Shown piece after piece: positions 15,217-43,442 of a stretch of 64,000 bases of DNA (its first letter is position 1; every line of letters starts with the position of its first letter). The stretch spans positions 26,288,001 to 26,352,000 of the forward strand of contig CM022670.1 of the NCBI GenBank assembly GCA_012295275.1, given 5' to 3'. A model generated the notes under the pieces. The model had not been told where the DNA came from and made no database searches. It was given only the letters and a program-made list of their open reading frames with translations. The DNA comes from Chrysomallon squamiferum (Eukaryota; Animalia; Mollusca). The position numbers and the translations under genes were made by a program.

Positions 15217-16685
15217 CCAAAAAAAAACAAAAAAACAAAAAAACAACCACACAGCAAAGAAACAAAGAAGGAAAAAAAAAAGATAATGGTACAACTGTAT
15301 GTTTGGAAATAAAATACAAACAAAAATAATTTAAACTCCCACCAGAAAAAAAAAAAAAAAAAAAAAAAAGAGAGAGAGAAAAAAGAAAAGAAAGATTATG
15401 AACAAACAATGCAAAAAACAAATAAATAATATATCAGAAACCTAATAACTATTAATAAGAAGTTGTGCCGATGTTTTTTGTTTGGTTTTTCTACGAATTG
15501 TTTTAATACAAATTGTCCATTCAGATAGGATTTCCAAAGGGACATACATCATCTGAATTGTACTGTGGATCGTTTTGCAGCAACATACGCAAGTTTCTCT
15601 CGTTTGAAAACCATGTTCCAAGTAAATTCATAAAAAGCGCGTATCAATGTTTAATAAATTATTTATATAACATATAATTTATTATTATTATTTTTATTTT
15701 TTAATGTTGAATAAAAATACGATTTATTTATGTTATCTCTTATATGTTCATTAATATACAAAAGCATTTGCCAAGAAATAAATATTATTACAAAGAAGTT
15801 GTCGCGTGGTTAGCAGAATAAAAACGATTTATTCACAGTGTTAGGAGAAGTTAATTAACATCACTGTGTGCGGCGAGTCAGATCATTAGGGATTCAAGAG
15901 TTATTTCCCTTATATATATATATATATCGGCGCAGGTTGTGTCTTGAGTTGTGTATGAAAAAAATATTAATTTAATATAATTTTATATTATTATATAATA
16001 AATGTAGATTATAATAATATTATGCTCTACGTAAACATTCTTGTCAAATTATGATTATTATTATTTTTTTTTTTTTTTTTTTTTTTTTTACAGGTTTATT
16101 TTGGCAATTCCTGCTAATCGGGCAAACAAATATCTTTCTTTATTTTTTATTTCTTTTTTTTTGTTCCAATCGTTCGGAAAATCAAAACTGTTATTCATTT
16201 TAATCTTCTCACGTAAAATATTATGTTTATCCTCTCCATCGATCTTTGTTTATTTTAGTTAAAACCAAGCACAACGTTGTAGTACAAATTCTTTATTTTC
16301 AAGACATAATAACTATAATTAAAAATATTTTTGATATGGTTATGTACTAACACAGTTTATATTTAAAATTAATAAATGACATACTCTTCACTATGCAACA
16401 ACATAATTATATATATATATATATATACACACATATATATACACACACACACACATATTGGTATTTGTATCAGTATTTAATTACATACGTGATAGTATCA
16501 AATATTATCTACATGTTATATATCAGTATTTATATATAATGTAATAAACATTTTTTGCTGTTTTAATTCACAGCTCTGACACACTCTATATAGTAATATT
16601 AAATTTATAATTTAAAACCTGTATTATTAGCATTTTGAAATTCTGAGTCGGTATTTGTCGGTAGCAATGTAAGGTAGAGAGGGTG

Positions 16686-16808
<123 letters not shown>

Positions 16809-17015
16809 ATGATATTGTATGTCAGAAACAATGGTTAGAGAATATTAGAGTCAGAAAACAAAGAATAAAATATATAATTATTGCAAATGTATGAATAAAA
16901 TGCTACATTATTATTTTTAAACTGGACTATGCAATGAGAGAGTCACATACATCCGCTGTGAACATACGGGCAGTCTGTAAGGCACATTGAAAATGAGTAT
17001 GATTATTACTGAAGG

Positions 17016-32673
<15,658 letters not shown>

Positions 32674-33572
32674 GCTGGAAGTGGCATCGTCTGCCAGTTT
32701 TTAGAATGCGACCTGTTTTGCCTGACGCAGACTTCTGATCGCTTCGGCGGTTATCATGTACCACGTGTTTCCCTCACAGAATGGTCAAACGTCTATTTTA
32801 AGCGGTAGCGAGCTGATTCGATGATTATATTGAATACACTTATTTTACATTATTTTGTTACCGCTCTCGTTCTATCGATACGCGGATAAAGAAAAAGGAG
32901 ATGCTCTCTTTGATTTTGAAAACACAACCTTATCTCGGTAAACGACCAGCAGTGATTACGCTGTGTTAATAAATTAGCAGGTGTAATGGTGCTTTGTAAA
33001 CATGTTTACTTAACTGTAGAATAATAAACTATTAGACAGAAGCTCACTCAAATACACGGGTCTGAAGCTAATGGATCAGTGCTCCGTGAAGTGCTCATTG
33101 AGATATTTCCATTTCAGTCCATTAGCGGACTTATATTTGTGGTCCACTGAAAGCTTAATATGTTGTGTGGTTGGAGTCTTCACTATGGATAATCACCATT
33201 ATTTTCTTCAGAGTTGAACTAAATATGACAGGACACCCTGATAGAGGACTATAGATATTCATCCCTTGACTTCCCTGTTCTTTGCAGTAATTGTGTGATC
33301 CCTACTGTAGACTTGGTTTTTATATATTCTTTTTTGTAAAAAAAAAAAAAAAAAATATTAATAATAATAAAAAGAATTTATTCCCAAAATCTTGCTTTCA
33401 AAATAAGCACTTACATTTCAAAACACGTTGCTGTTGAAATTCGCCAAAATCACAAAATAAAATAAACACTGACACACACACCACACCATACATACACGTG
33501 CAGACGTAAAATTAATAAGTATTAAATTAGTCCACACTCATCAATTTTTCATATCAAAAGAATGATAAACAA

Positions 33573-33627
<55 letters not shown>

Positions 33628-33825
33628 TTTTTTTTATTGAGGCTCCTAATCAATAGACACTAACATATCAAAATATTCTTTTAAAATAAAACTGCCAGAA
33701 CAACCCAATGCAAGAAACGTTCCCTGTGATACACTGATTTAAAATAACTGGACTGGTGGCTCTGTTCAGTTGTAAATTGTGTGTGCTCTGGCTCTCCCAA
33801 AAGTGTATAACCATTATCAATATTC

Positions 33826-34045
33826 AGTGGCGTGTACGCCATCGGTTAGAGTACTTCCTTGAGTACGCGGTTAGAGTACACGGATGGTCGTAGGATCAGT
33901 TCTTGGTAATTACTTTAGTTTTTGTTTTCTTTTTTCCCTATTTTATCCAAGTTTTATAAAAAAAAAACATGGAGTACGCTTTCCTGTCTATGGGAAGGCA
34001 TATCTCTTGCTGCTCATTGACTAGAGCCAGTAAATGATAGCAGTT
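33826..34045 (+). mobile_element. Degenerate SINE-like element with tRNA-like head
   Basis: A-box-like gtggcgtgtacgccatcggttagag, B-box-like ggtcgtaggatc, body tcctgtctatgggaaggcatatctcttgctgct. Confidence 0.4.
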
Positions 34046-34669
34046 AATTATTATAAAAGTATATATATATATATATATATACACGTGAACTGTAGTACAA
34101 GGACAATAACGAAGATGATGATGATGTTGATGTCAACTGTAGGTTATAATCTTTTCTTCTAAATATTACAAATGATAACCGAACACTCTGTTATTAATAA
34201 TATTAAAAATCATCAGCTGTAAAGATAATAATTCCACATATTTGAATACTGTCTGCAGTGCTGGATATAGCAGCCTCTATTGAATTAACAAGTCGAATTG
34301 TAACTAGGTATCAAGTCGTTCCAAAAATGTACTGCTTGTCTTTTAGTCTGGAACCTACAACGACGGTTCCTTTGTACCCAGAACATTTCACGTAGTGCTA
34401 TTCAGTACCTGAGAATCGTGGAAATTCGCTGGCTAAAGATGATGTCGACGGCTTGCTGCAATGGACAGAATGAAATTGAAACGAAGGAAAGAAAAGCCAT
34501 TTAATTCTGCACTTGGCATATTTTATTTACTGTTAAAGCAGCAAATATTCTTTTAAATGCACAAACATTTTGAGACAAACACCTATAGCCCAATAATGAC
34601 ATGTTTACAACTACTGTTGCTGTTGCTGCTACTTCTACTACTACTACAGCTACTACTACTACTACTTCT

Positions 34670-34701
<32 letters not shown>

Positions 34702-34872
34702 AATAATAATAATAATAGTAATGATAATGATAATAACGATGATGATGAGTATGATTATGATATTGCTAGTGGTGGTGATGATTAATATCCAAATACTGAC
34801 TACGATAATGATGATGATGATGATACACTGTAGTCATGTGGTGTTAATCTGGTAAAATAACATAATACATAC

Positions 34873-35008
34873 CCATGTTTAATTACGTTTCCCCTGATCT
34901 GAATTAACATCTTGCTCACTTGGCGATCTTCGTCAGAATAGTTGTACAAAGGATGCCCGGTGAAAGGACACCCAAACAGATAGAACAGATCTCGACCATG
35001 TGGCACAC
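34873..35008 (-). pseudogene. Pseudogene P exon 10 (open frame, very close to C/D exon 10)
   Basis: [46 protein letters not shown] with intact AG/GT sites. Confidence 0.85.
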
Positions 35009-35751
35009 CTGACATTGAAACGCAAAGTTAGTCAGTTTGTACTGGGAATATTAGCAAGGATTTGGTATTTCATTTCCGTAGATTTAAACAGAACTCATTA
35101 AATAAACCTTTTTATTCTTTCCTTTACACGGTTTTTATTAGCAAGTACCTCAGTTAAATTAGATTGTTAAGGCAACAGTTTTACATGTCAAACAGAAATC
35201 TATCATAACATACAAAGACAAAACATTTTGAGTTTTCAACACAATCATGAATACACCGTCTGCAAAGCACTTCAGATTTCAGTTTTCATATTTAATCTTT
35301 CATTTCTTTTATCTCGGTAATAAATGTCTGAAAATCTAAGCTAGCTGAAGAAACGAGAGTTTTTAAGATATATTTTTGTACATGAATCTGATTTATGATG
35401 TAAAGTTAATTTTATTTTTCACCTAACGAAAATGATCGCGGGACAAATGTGAGTGGTATTCAAAACTGTAGATGTAACGTTTTTTGTTCTTTGCTGTATA
35501 GTAACAAAGACTACAGTCGGTTTAATGATTACCGAATCTGATATAATTTGTATTATAAGAAAATAGTCAAATATATTCACTGATAATTGTTTTGTATCTT
35601 TCTTCTTCTTTTTCTTTTTTCTTTTCTTTTTTTCTTAATGCAGATAATCATCTTCATTGTCACTTTCCAATTCTAACAACTGACTTAATACACGTAAAAC
35701 ATCGATAACAACACCAATAACAGCTGTAATAATCATAATAATAATAGAGTA

Positions 35752-35806
<55 letters not shown>

Positions 35807-36867
35807 GTTATACTATAAACAAGATTTATTGATTATGAAATAAGACAGAAAGACGAAGATTATATTTTTTTATGTCAGTATTTGTTGTTCAGCCACAAGA
35901 TTCTCACATATTTCTAAACTTAAAACTCGTAAAGCTCACATGTGCAGATATAAAACAAACTGTAATATATGCTATGCCCAGTTTGGCCTAAACATTCATC
36001 AGTTTGCCCTGTATATTAAATAAATCACTTACTATCTACAAACCAGTGATTTTTGACTGTTATATCTTTAGGATTTGACCAAGGAAAGTATTCGTGATGA
36101 ATGATATCTGAAATTAAAAGAAACAAATCTTTAACGTTCATTATCTTTCTCACGAACGCTGACAGATAAGTACCTTCAAAATTTATTTCTGTAATTTTGT
36201 TACATTTTATTGGTGTTGACAGTGAATCAGATAACTTTTGATAAATCTAAACCGTTTAATCGAGTAACTTACATATCGGAAAGAATAAAATAAAAAAATT
36301 AAATTAAATTAAATTAAATTAATGTAAAAAGAAATGAAAGAAGTAACATTAATAATGATAACAACCAAATAAAACCCCAAAACTGTAACGACTACAACAG
36401 CAGCAACAGCAGCAGTAACAAAACAAAAAACAATAACGGTATATTTTACAACCAGCACACAAAGGAAAACTATGTGCACATTAAAACAAAATTAGATATA
36501 TATAATAATAGAGTAACTAATATCATATATGAAGAGTTTATCACTTTTACAGAATACTATAAAGAAAAAATAGTAAAGAAAATAGAAAACAACCTGTCGG
36601 TACAACAATCCAGGTGACCTCTATACTGGATGTTCAAGACAGGAGAGATAAAAAGATAAATTAATAACGAATAATATGTGTGTTAATCTCTTGTCATTCT
36701 ATTCAGTTTTATGTTAAGCAGTAGTAGCAGTAGTAGAAGCAATCATAGTAGTAGCAACAGTAGTAGTAGTAGAAACAGCACCTATATTTGAATTTTATTC
36801 ATTTTTATTTTAAATTAATTTAATAATAATAATAATAATGATGATGTTAATAATAACAACAACAATA

Positions 36868-36899
<32 letters not shown>

Positions 36900-36978
36900 A
36901 ATGCGATATTATTAAAATGAGAATGACTGCAAGTGTAGTTTTATTAATGGAATTTAAATAGAGTTATAAACTTAACAA

Positions 36979-37368
36979 TCGATATGTAAGTTACTGGACT
37001 GTTACCTGGAGTACATATATATTCATGTAGAGAAAATTTTCTTTACAGCAGTAATATTCGATATGTAAATTACTGGTCTGTTACCTGGAGTACATATATA
37101 TTCATGTACAGAAAATCTTCTTTACAGCAGTAATATTCGATATGTAAGTTACTGGTCTGTTACCTGGAGTACATATATATTCATGTAGAGAAAATCTTCT
37201 TTACAGCAGTAACATTCGATATGTAAGTTACTGGTCTGTTACCTGGAGTACATATATATTCATGTACAGAAAATCTTCTTTACAGCAGTAACATTCGATA
37301 TGTAAGTTACTGGTCTGTTACCTGGAGTACATATATATTCATGTACAGAAAATCTTCTTTACAGCAGT
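36979..37368. repeat. 79-bp tandem repeat x5 made of the exon-2 3' end plus donor site of pseudogene P
   Basis: gatatgtaa recurs at 36981, 37060, 37139, 37218 and 37297. Confidence 0.95.
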
Positions 37369-39195
37369 TTAAAACTGGGCCCTGGCACGAACGTGAGCCC
37401 GACTCCCTTGTTCGCGTGCAGGTGGAGTCTCCGTCGTACTGAGTCTGCCACGCCTCTCTGGGGGTTCTCAAGGAATCTGGGAGAAAAATAAATTATACTG
37501 ACCACAAAGGGCGTTAAAAATAGTTAATATAATGTCATAGTGTAATCATATAAATATTCATTAGTTACCTATCTCTAAACACGCAAGCAGGGATATATAT
37601 ACGAGCCTATATATAATACGTGTATTGGATGTGTGTGTGTGCGAGTGTGCGTCTGTGTGTTTGTGTGTGTGTCTGTGTGTGTGTAACTACAAATGATTGT
37701 TTTTAAAAGAAATGAAACTGATATTACTTTATACAGGCCAGGACTAAACGTAATTAACAGATACGTAACTGATTTACAAGTGAAAAGAAGTTTACAAAAC
37801 ATCGTAGGCCTGCGTTACCTTTTCATTATAGCAGTAGAAATTATTATTTTATTATCCTGATAATTCTAGTAGATAACAGGAGTTAATTGTTCAAAACTGT
37901 CCATATTTTTAGCTTTGGCTTTATTTTCCAAAATTTGGTTTAAAACATCGGGTATCAAACAAAAACAAGATTATAGAAAAATAAAGTAATTATCAACATT
38001 TTTTACCTCAAACCCAAGATTTCTGACTGGTGCAGCAGTATACGGTATTCCAAAATACTGTTCAACTTTTTCATTTTGCAGTACTTCTCCATAAACTGTA
38101 TGACAAACAACGAACTCACATTGCCACTACATATATAATCAAATGCAGTAATGCATACGAAGAATACCATTTTTTTTTTTTTGTACAGAGTTTGAATTTC
38201 TTACCTTTTTTCTAAAGAAGCAACAAATATTTAAAAAAACAGCAGAAAAACAAAGCTTCTAAATATATATTCTTATCTCTACCAGATAAAAACTGAGTTG
38301 AAATAAAAAAAAATTGTGAGTTACAATTTTTTTTTTCTTTATTTTTTCTTTATTTTGTGGCGGTTGTGGTCATTTTCGAAACAAGTAAAAGGAAGATAGT
38401 GAGCAACCAACCATTAATTATCTCAAACTCTGTTTTGTAAAATCATAATGATTTCTTTCTCAAATACTTCTGTATCTTTTTGAGACTACAAAAAAAAAGA
38501 AAAGGAATTTGGCCTTTATTTCGTGAATATGCCAGCTAGCTTAATAAATGTGTTTTATTTAATTGCTTAGTATTGTTGTTGTTTTTGTGGTCATGATCAT
38601 CATCATCACATAATCATCATCATTATTATTATTATAAACAAACAATCAAACAAAGTATCGAATAAGTAAATAAATAAGCATTAATTAATTTATTTTGTTA
38701 AATCCTGCCTCGAACATATACCTTTAAAATGACAAGGTTCGTTCTGTTACCAATATTTCAACAATTGAGAAACAAAATGAAATTTACCGAATGAAAATAG
38801 TTAAAGAAGTCGCTGATAAGAATCGAACATACGATCAGGTAAGTGTGAGACATACACACTTATTACTAACTACAGTATACAGTATAGCTCCAAGCCGATT
38901 ATCATATATGTTATTATATAAAGACGCAAAAACCCAACAAATAAACAAAAAAAAACACAAAAAAAAACATTAACAGCATGATACTCAATAGCCCATTATT
39001 ACTATACATTTTTTTTTGTTCTGAATTGTTCATTCGTTCATTATTTTATTCATTCATTCATTTCTTTTATTCATTCATTCATTCTTTTATTTATTCATTC
39101 TTTTATTTATTCATTTTTTTATTCATTCATTCATTCTTTTATTTATTCATTCTTATATTCATTCATTCTTTCTATTGTATTTTAGATGACATTTA

Positions 39196-39511
39196 CTAGA
39201 CCGTTCCACGGCTTTCTCTTCGTCTTTTCAACGAAACAACATACGCAATTAAAACAACTGTCACAATTAACAGAAACAATGCGACGGAGATGAAAACCCA
39301 CGTAATTAATGGAATCCCCGAATTCTGTGAAATGCGTTTTGGTTTGTAGCTTGGTATTAAAACATTCCACAGATGAACTTGCCGCGCCTTTAGTCGGGAG
39401 CCTACGGTAATTGTTCCGTTTCCTTCGTATCCAGAAATTTTCATGTATTTTTGGTCACTGCTTGTAAAGGGAGGAAATTCGTCAGCAGAAAACGAAGATG
39501 ATGATGGTTTT
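39196..39511 (-). CDS. Gene C exon 11 (TM helix, stop)
   Basis: [15 protein letters not shown]...[10 protein letters not shown]...[37 protein letters not shown]. Confidence 0.88.
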
Positions 39512-40011
39512 CTGAAAAATAAAACAACAAATGTAATTTATATATTTTTTAAAAGTCGTAAACTGCTGGGTATTTTGTAGATTGTTACTTTTATTATTAT
39601 TATTATTATCATCATCATTAATAGTAGTAGTAGTACTTGTATTAGTATCAGTACTACTACTACTACTACCACTACCACTACTACTACTACTCCTCTTATG
39701 TTGTTGTTTTTGTTTTGTTTTTTCGAAATTTTTAAAAGCGTTAAAAACATAAAACATAATAACAATAATATTAAAGACACAATAACGTTCCACTACTAAC
39801 AAATATAACACTGACACGGTCACTTTTCACAAATATTTGTTTATTTATTTATTTATTTATTTATTTGATCTAATTCGTAATCAAAGGCAATACATTTTAT
39901 TTTTGCACTTCGCAATATTTTTTTATTTGCACAAAACATTTTGATATGTTTACTACTACTTTTGCTGTTGCTGCTGCTGCTGCTACTACAACAACAACAA
40001 CTACTACTACT

Positions 40012-40043
<32 letters not shown>

Positions 40044-40867
40044 AACGATGATGATGAGTATGATTATCATATTGCTAGTGGTGATGATGATTAATATCTA
40101 AATACTGATTACGATAACGATGATGATGATGATGATGATGATTATACACTGTAGTCATATGGTGTCAGTCTGGTAAAATAACATAATACATACCCATGTT
40201 TAATAAAGTTTCCCCAGATCTCAATTAACATGTTGCTCACTTGGCGATCTTCGTCAGAGTAGTTGTACAAAGGATGCCCGGTGAAAGGACACCCAAACAG
40301 ATAGAACAGATCTCGACCATGTGGCACACCTGACATTGAAACGCAAAGTTAGTTAGTTTGTACTGGGAATAGGTAACTGCGTTTAAAAGGAATCACCTGA
40401 CACCGAAACAAAAACATTAATCAACATCCAACACTGAATTATAAGCTTATTAACACTGAGTTGAAGAAACATGGTAAACCATTGCTCACACAAAACTAAT
40501 TAATTATGGATTTACAGATCTAAGCTTTGGAGAGACATATCATAATAGTGTGAGACACATCTTGTGATAAGTTTAGGACAAAGCATTACCAGATTAACCA
40601 AATTTACATTGATTCGATTCAGTCATCAAGACTACGTTTTGGTAGAACCCGGAAAATTAGATTCTATATGAACTATATGAAAATCACCCTTTAAACCAAC
40701 TGTCAGATATACTTGCGAGGCTGTTTTAATATTTTTGCATCTTCTTAGTTAATTGCCACTACACTTTCTATGTTTTTATCCTAATACTGTATAGTGTTTA
40801 ATCAGATTAATGATATATGAAAGCAGACAGAGAGAGAGAGAGATTTTACAGACAGGGTGAGATATAT

Positions 40868-40898
<31 letters not shown>

Positions 40899-41741
40899 GA
40901 ATTAATTTGATAAAAAAAATATCAAAGTAAAATTTATCTACCTTTCCAGAATGGTGGAGGAGACAAGTGAGAATGGTATTCAAAATTGTAGAAATACAGT
41001 TCTTTGTTTCGCTTTTCTAGCCGAGTCGCAAAGTCTATCAGTGGTGCAACTATAATTTTGTCACTCATAATCTGCAAGAAAAACAACAATACATACACTT
41101 TTTACATGTGATTAAATCATCATTATCATCATCATCAACAACATCGTTGTTACTACTAGTAGTACGTTTTTACTGTTGTTATTATCATTATATGCCTAAT
41201 TATAGATCAGTATGCATTATATAAAATACAAACACGCAATCTATAAAACTACAAAACTATATAAATTACAAAACACCAGCATACAAATTACAAAACATAA
41301 AAGCGGAATCTTGAAATCACAATTAATGTACTTAATTTCAAGACGTGATCTACAAAACATCAACATACTATTTGCAAAGTATAAACACACAATTTATAAA
41401 ACCTCGGTGCACAGCCTTCAAAACATCAATAAACATTCTACAAAATATCAACAAGTAGTATACAAAACACCAATAAGTTGTTTTCAAAACATTAATAATT
41501 AGTAAACAGAACATCAATAGGTAGCATACAAAACAGAAGTACGTATTTGCAAAGCAATTTATGCTATCTCAGTACGCTGTCTACAAAACATCAATACACA
41601 TTCTACAAAATATCAATAGGTTGTATATAAAACATCAATAAGTAATATGCAAAACATTAATAATTACTAAACAGAATATCAAAAGTTAGCATACAAAACA
41701 TCAGTACGTAGTCTATTATTTATTTATTTATTTATTTACTA

Positions 41742-41776
<35 letters not shown>

Positions 41777-42403
41777 TATTATTATTATTATACAAAACAT
41801 GAATAGTCTACAACATATCAAAACGTAGTATGGAAAACAACAATAAACATTCAACCAAATTTCAATACAGAGACTTTAAAAACGTAACCACACAACACAG
41901 AAAACTTTAACATAAAAAATTGACAATAGTCCAGTGAATGAACTGAGGTCAAATAAATTTCTCAGTTCTACCAACTGAATATCTGAAGAATTTATTTCAA
42001 ATGAATCGCTTACATTAGAAATAGCAATCATTTTGGCTGTTGTATTGTTAGGATCTGACCAGGGCATGTATTCATGAAGAATCATATCTGAAATATTAGA
42101 AAAATCTTTCAATATAATTTATTGGCATGTACGTATGTACGTGTGTATATTATTAATAGCAGTAATAATGCTAGAAGCAGAAGTAGCAGCAGCAACAGTG
42201 GCAAATGTAGCAGTAACAGCAGCAGTAGAGCTTATAATAGTAGTAGTAGCACTTCTACTAGTAGTAATTCTAGTTGTTCTAATTGCAATAACAGTAGTTA
42301 TTTAGCCATAACTGTTGCGTGGACGTTTGTCCAAAAAAAAAAATAATAATAAAAAAAATAATAATAAAAAAAAAAAAAAAAAAAAAAATAAATAAATAAA
42401 ATA

Positions 42404-42471
<68 letters not shown>

Positions 42472-43379
42472 TAATAAATAAATAAATAATAAATAATAAA
42501 TAAATCTGTCGATAACGTGATCAGTAACAGAACATAATAAGTTAAAATGCTGATCCTGAAATATAAATGACTGACGTGCGACACACAATACAAAACAAGG
42601 AACAACACAAACACACACTAACATATTCAGCAGAGGAAATGAATAATAAAGACGACGGACAACTAAAATCTAGATTAGTAAATTAAATATCACATCATAC
42701 AAAATCTGTCTTTTTGCTCTATTAAAAATAAACAAAAGAAAAAGAAACTTTCTTGCAACAACTGAATCACTGATGACGCCAAATACAGGACAAAAATATC
42801 GCATGATGTGCTTTGCACTCAGTTGTCTATAACTGGGACCTGGAGAAAAAACAAGAAGAAAGAAATAATAAATTTATACATATGTAAATACTACTATGAT
42901 TACATACATAGATACATACATACATACACTCACACACATACAAACATACATACATACATACATACAGACAGACAGACATGCATACATCCATACATCCATA
43001 CGTACATACAGACATGTATACAACCACAAACATACATACATACATACATACATACACAGACACACATATACAAAGGCACACTAACGCATCTGCGACATCA
43101 TAAATATTCCTACATACATAGTTACATATTGCATACTTCATACATTCATGCATCCATTCATGTTTATTTTTTCATCCTCACGCTCGAATAATAATTCATC
43201 TCTGGTTGTTCCCATCATGTAAACTTGTCCGTTCAGTGGTTCGTCTTCCAGCAGGTTGACTGGTGAATCGTACAAAAACACATCATCTTTAACTGGTTGA
43301 CACAGACCACCCTAAAACGTAATTTTAAACAAATCATTTTATCATACAAAAATCTCTAAATATATATATCTATATTCTG

Positions 43380-43442
<63 letters not shown>

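Larger units (their letters stand above)
34150..38170 (-). pseudogene. Pseudogene P: decayed, internally deleted carboxylesterase paralogue
   Basis: Remnant exon 1 (38007-38170, frameshift and loss of about 7 codons), exon 2 (37322-37476, TGA at codon 3 and a -1 frameshift, EDFLYMNIY), exon 8 (36033-36107, +1 nt), exon 9 (about 35423-35547, frameshifted, acceptor lost), exon 10 (34873-35008, open) and exon 11 (34455 down to about 34150, internal TAG). No HGG, GHSAG or SGS exon seen between 36107 and 37322. Confidence 0.88.

Noticed and set aside
36593-36660. Possible exon-7 remnant of pseudogene P (donor-like CAG|GTTGTT)
   Set aside because: No recognisable similarity to B or C exon 7 and no valid acceptor.
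36979-37368. Regular repeat array superficially like CRISPR
   Set aside because: Head-to-tail units with no unique spacers, derived from exon/intron sequence, in a eukaryotic context with no cas genes.
39196-39215. PDZ-binding motif at the C-terminus of C/D (RGTV, RGTI)
   Set aside because: Class I needs S/T at position -2; here it is Gly, unlike the neuroligin ending TTRV.
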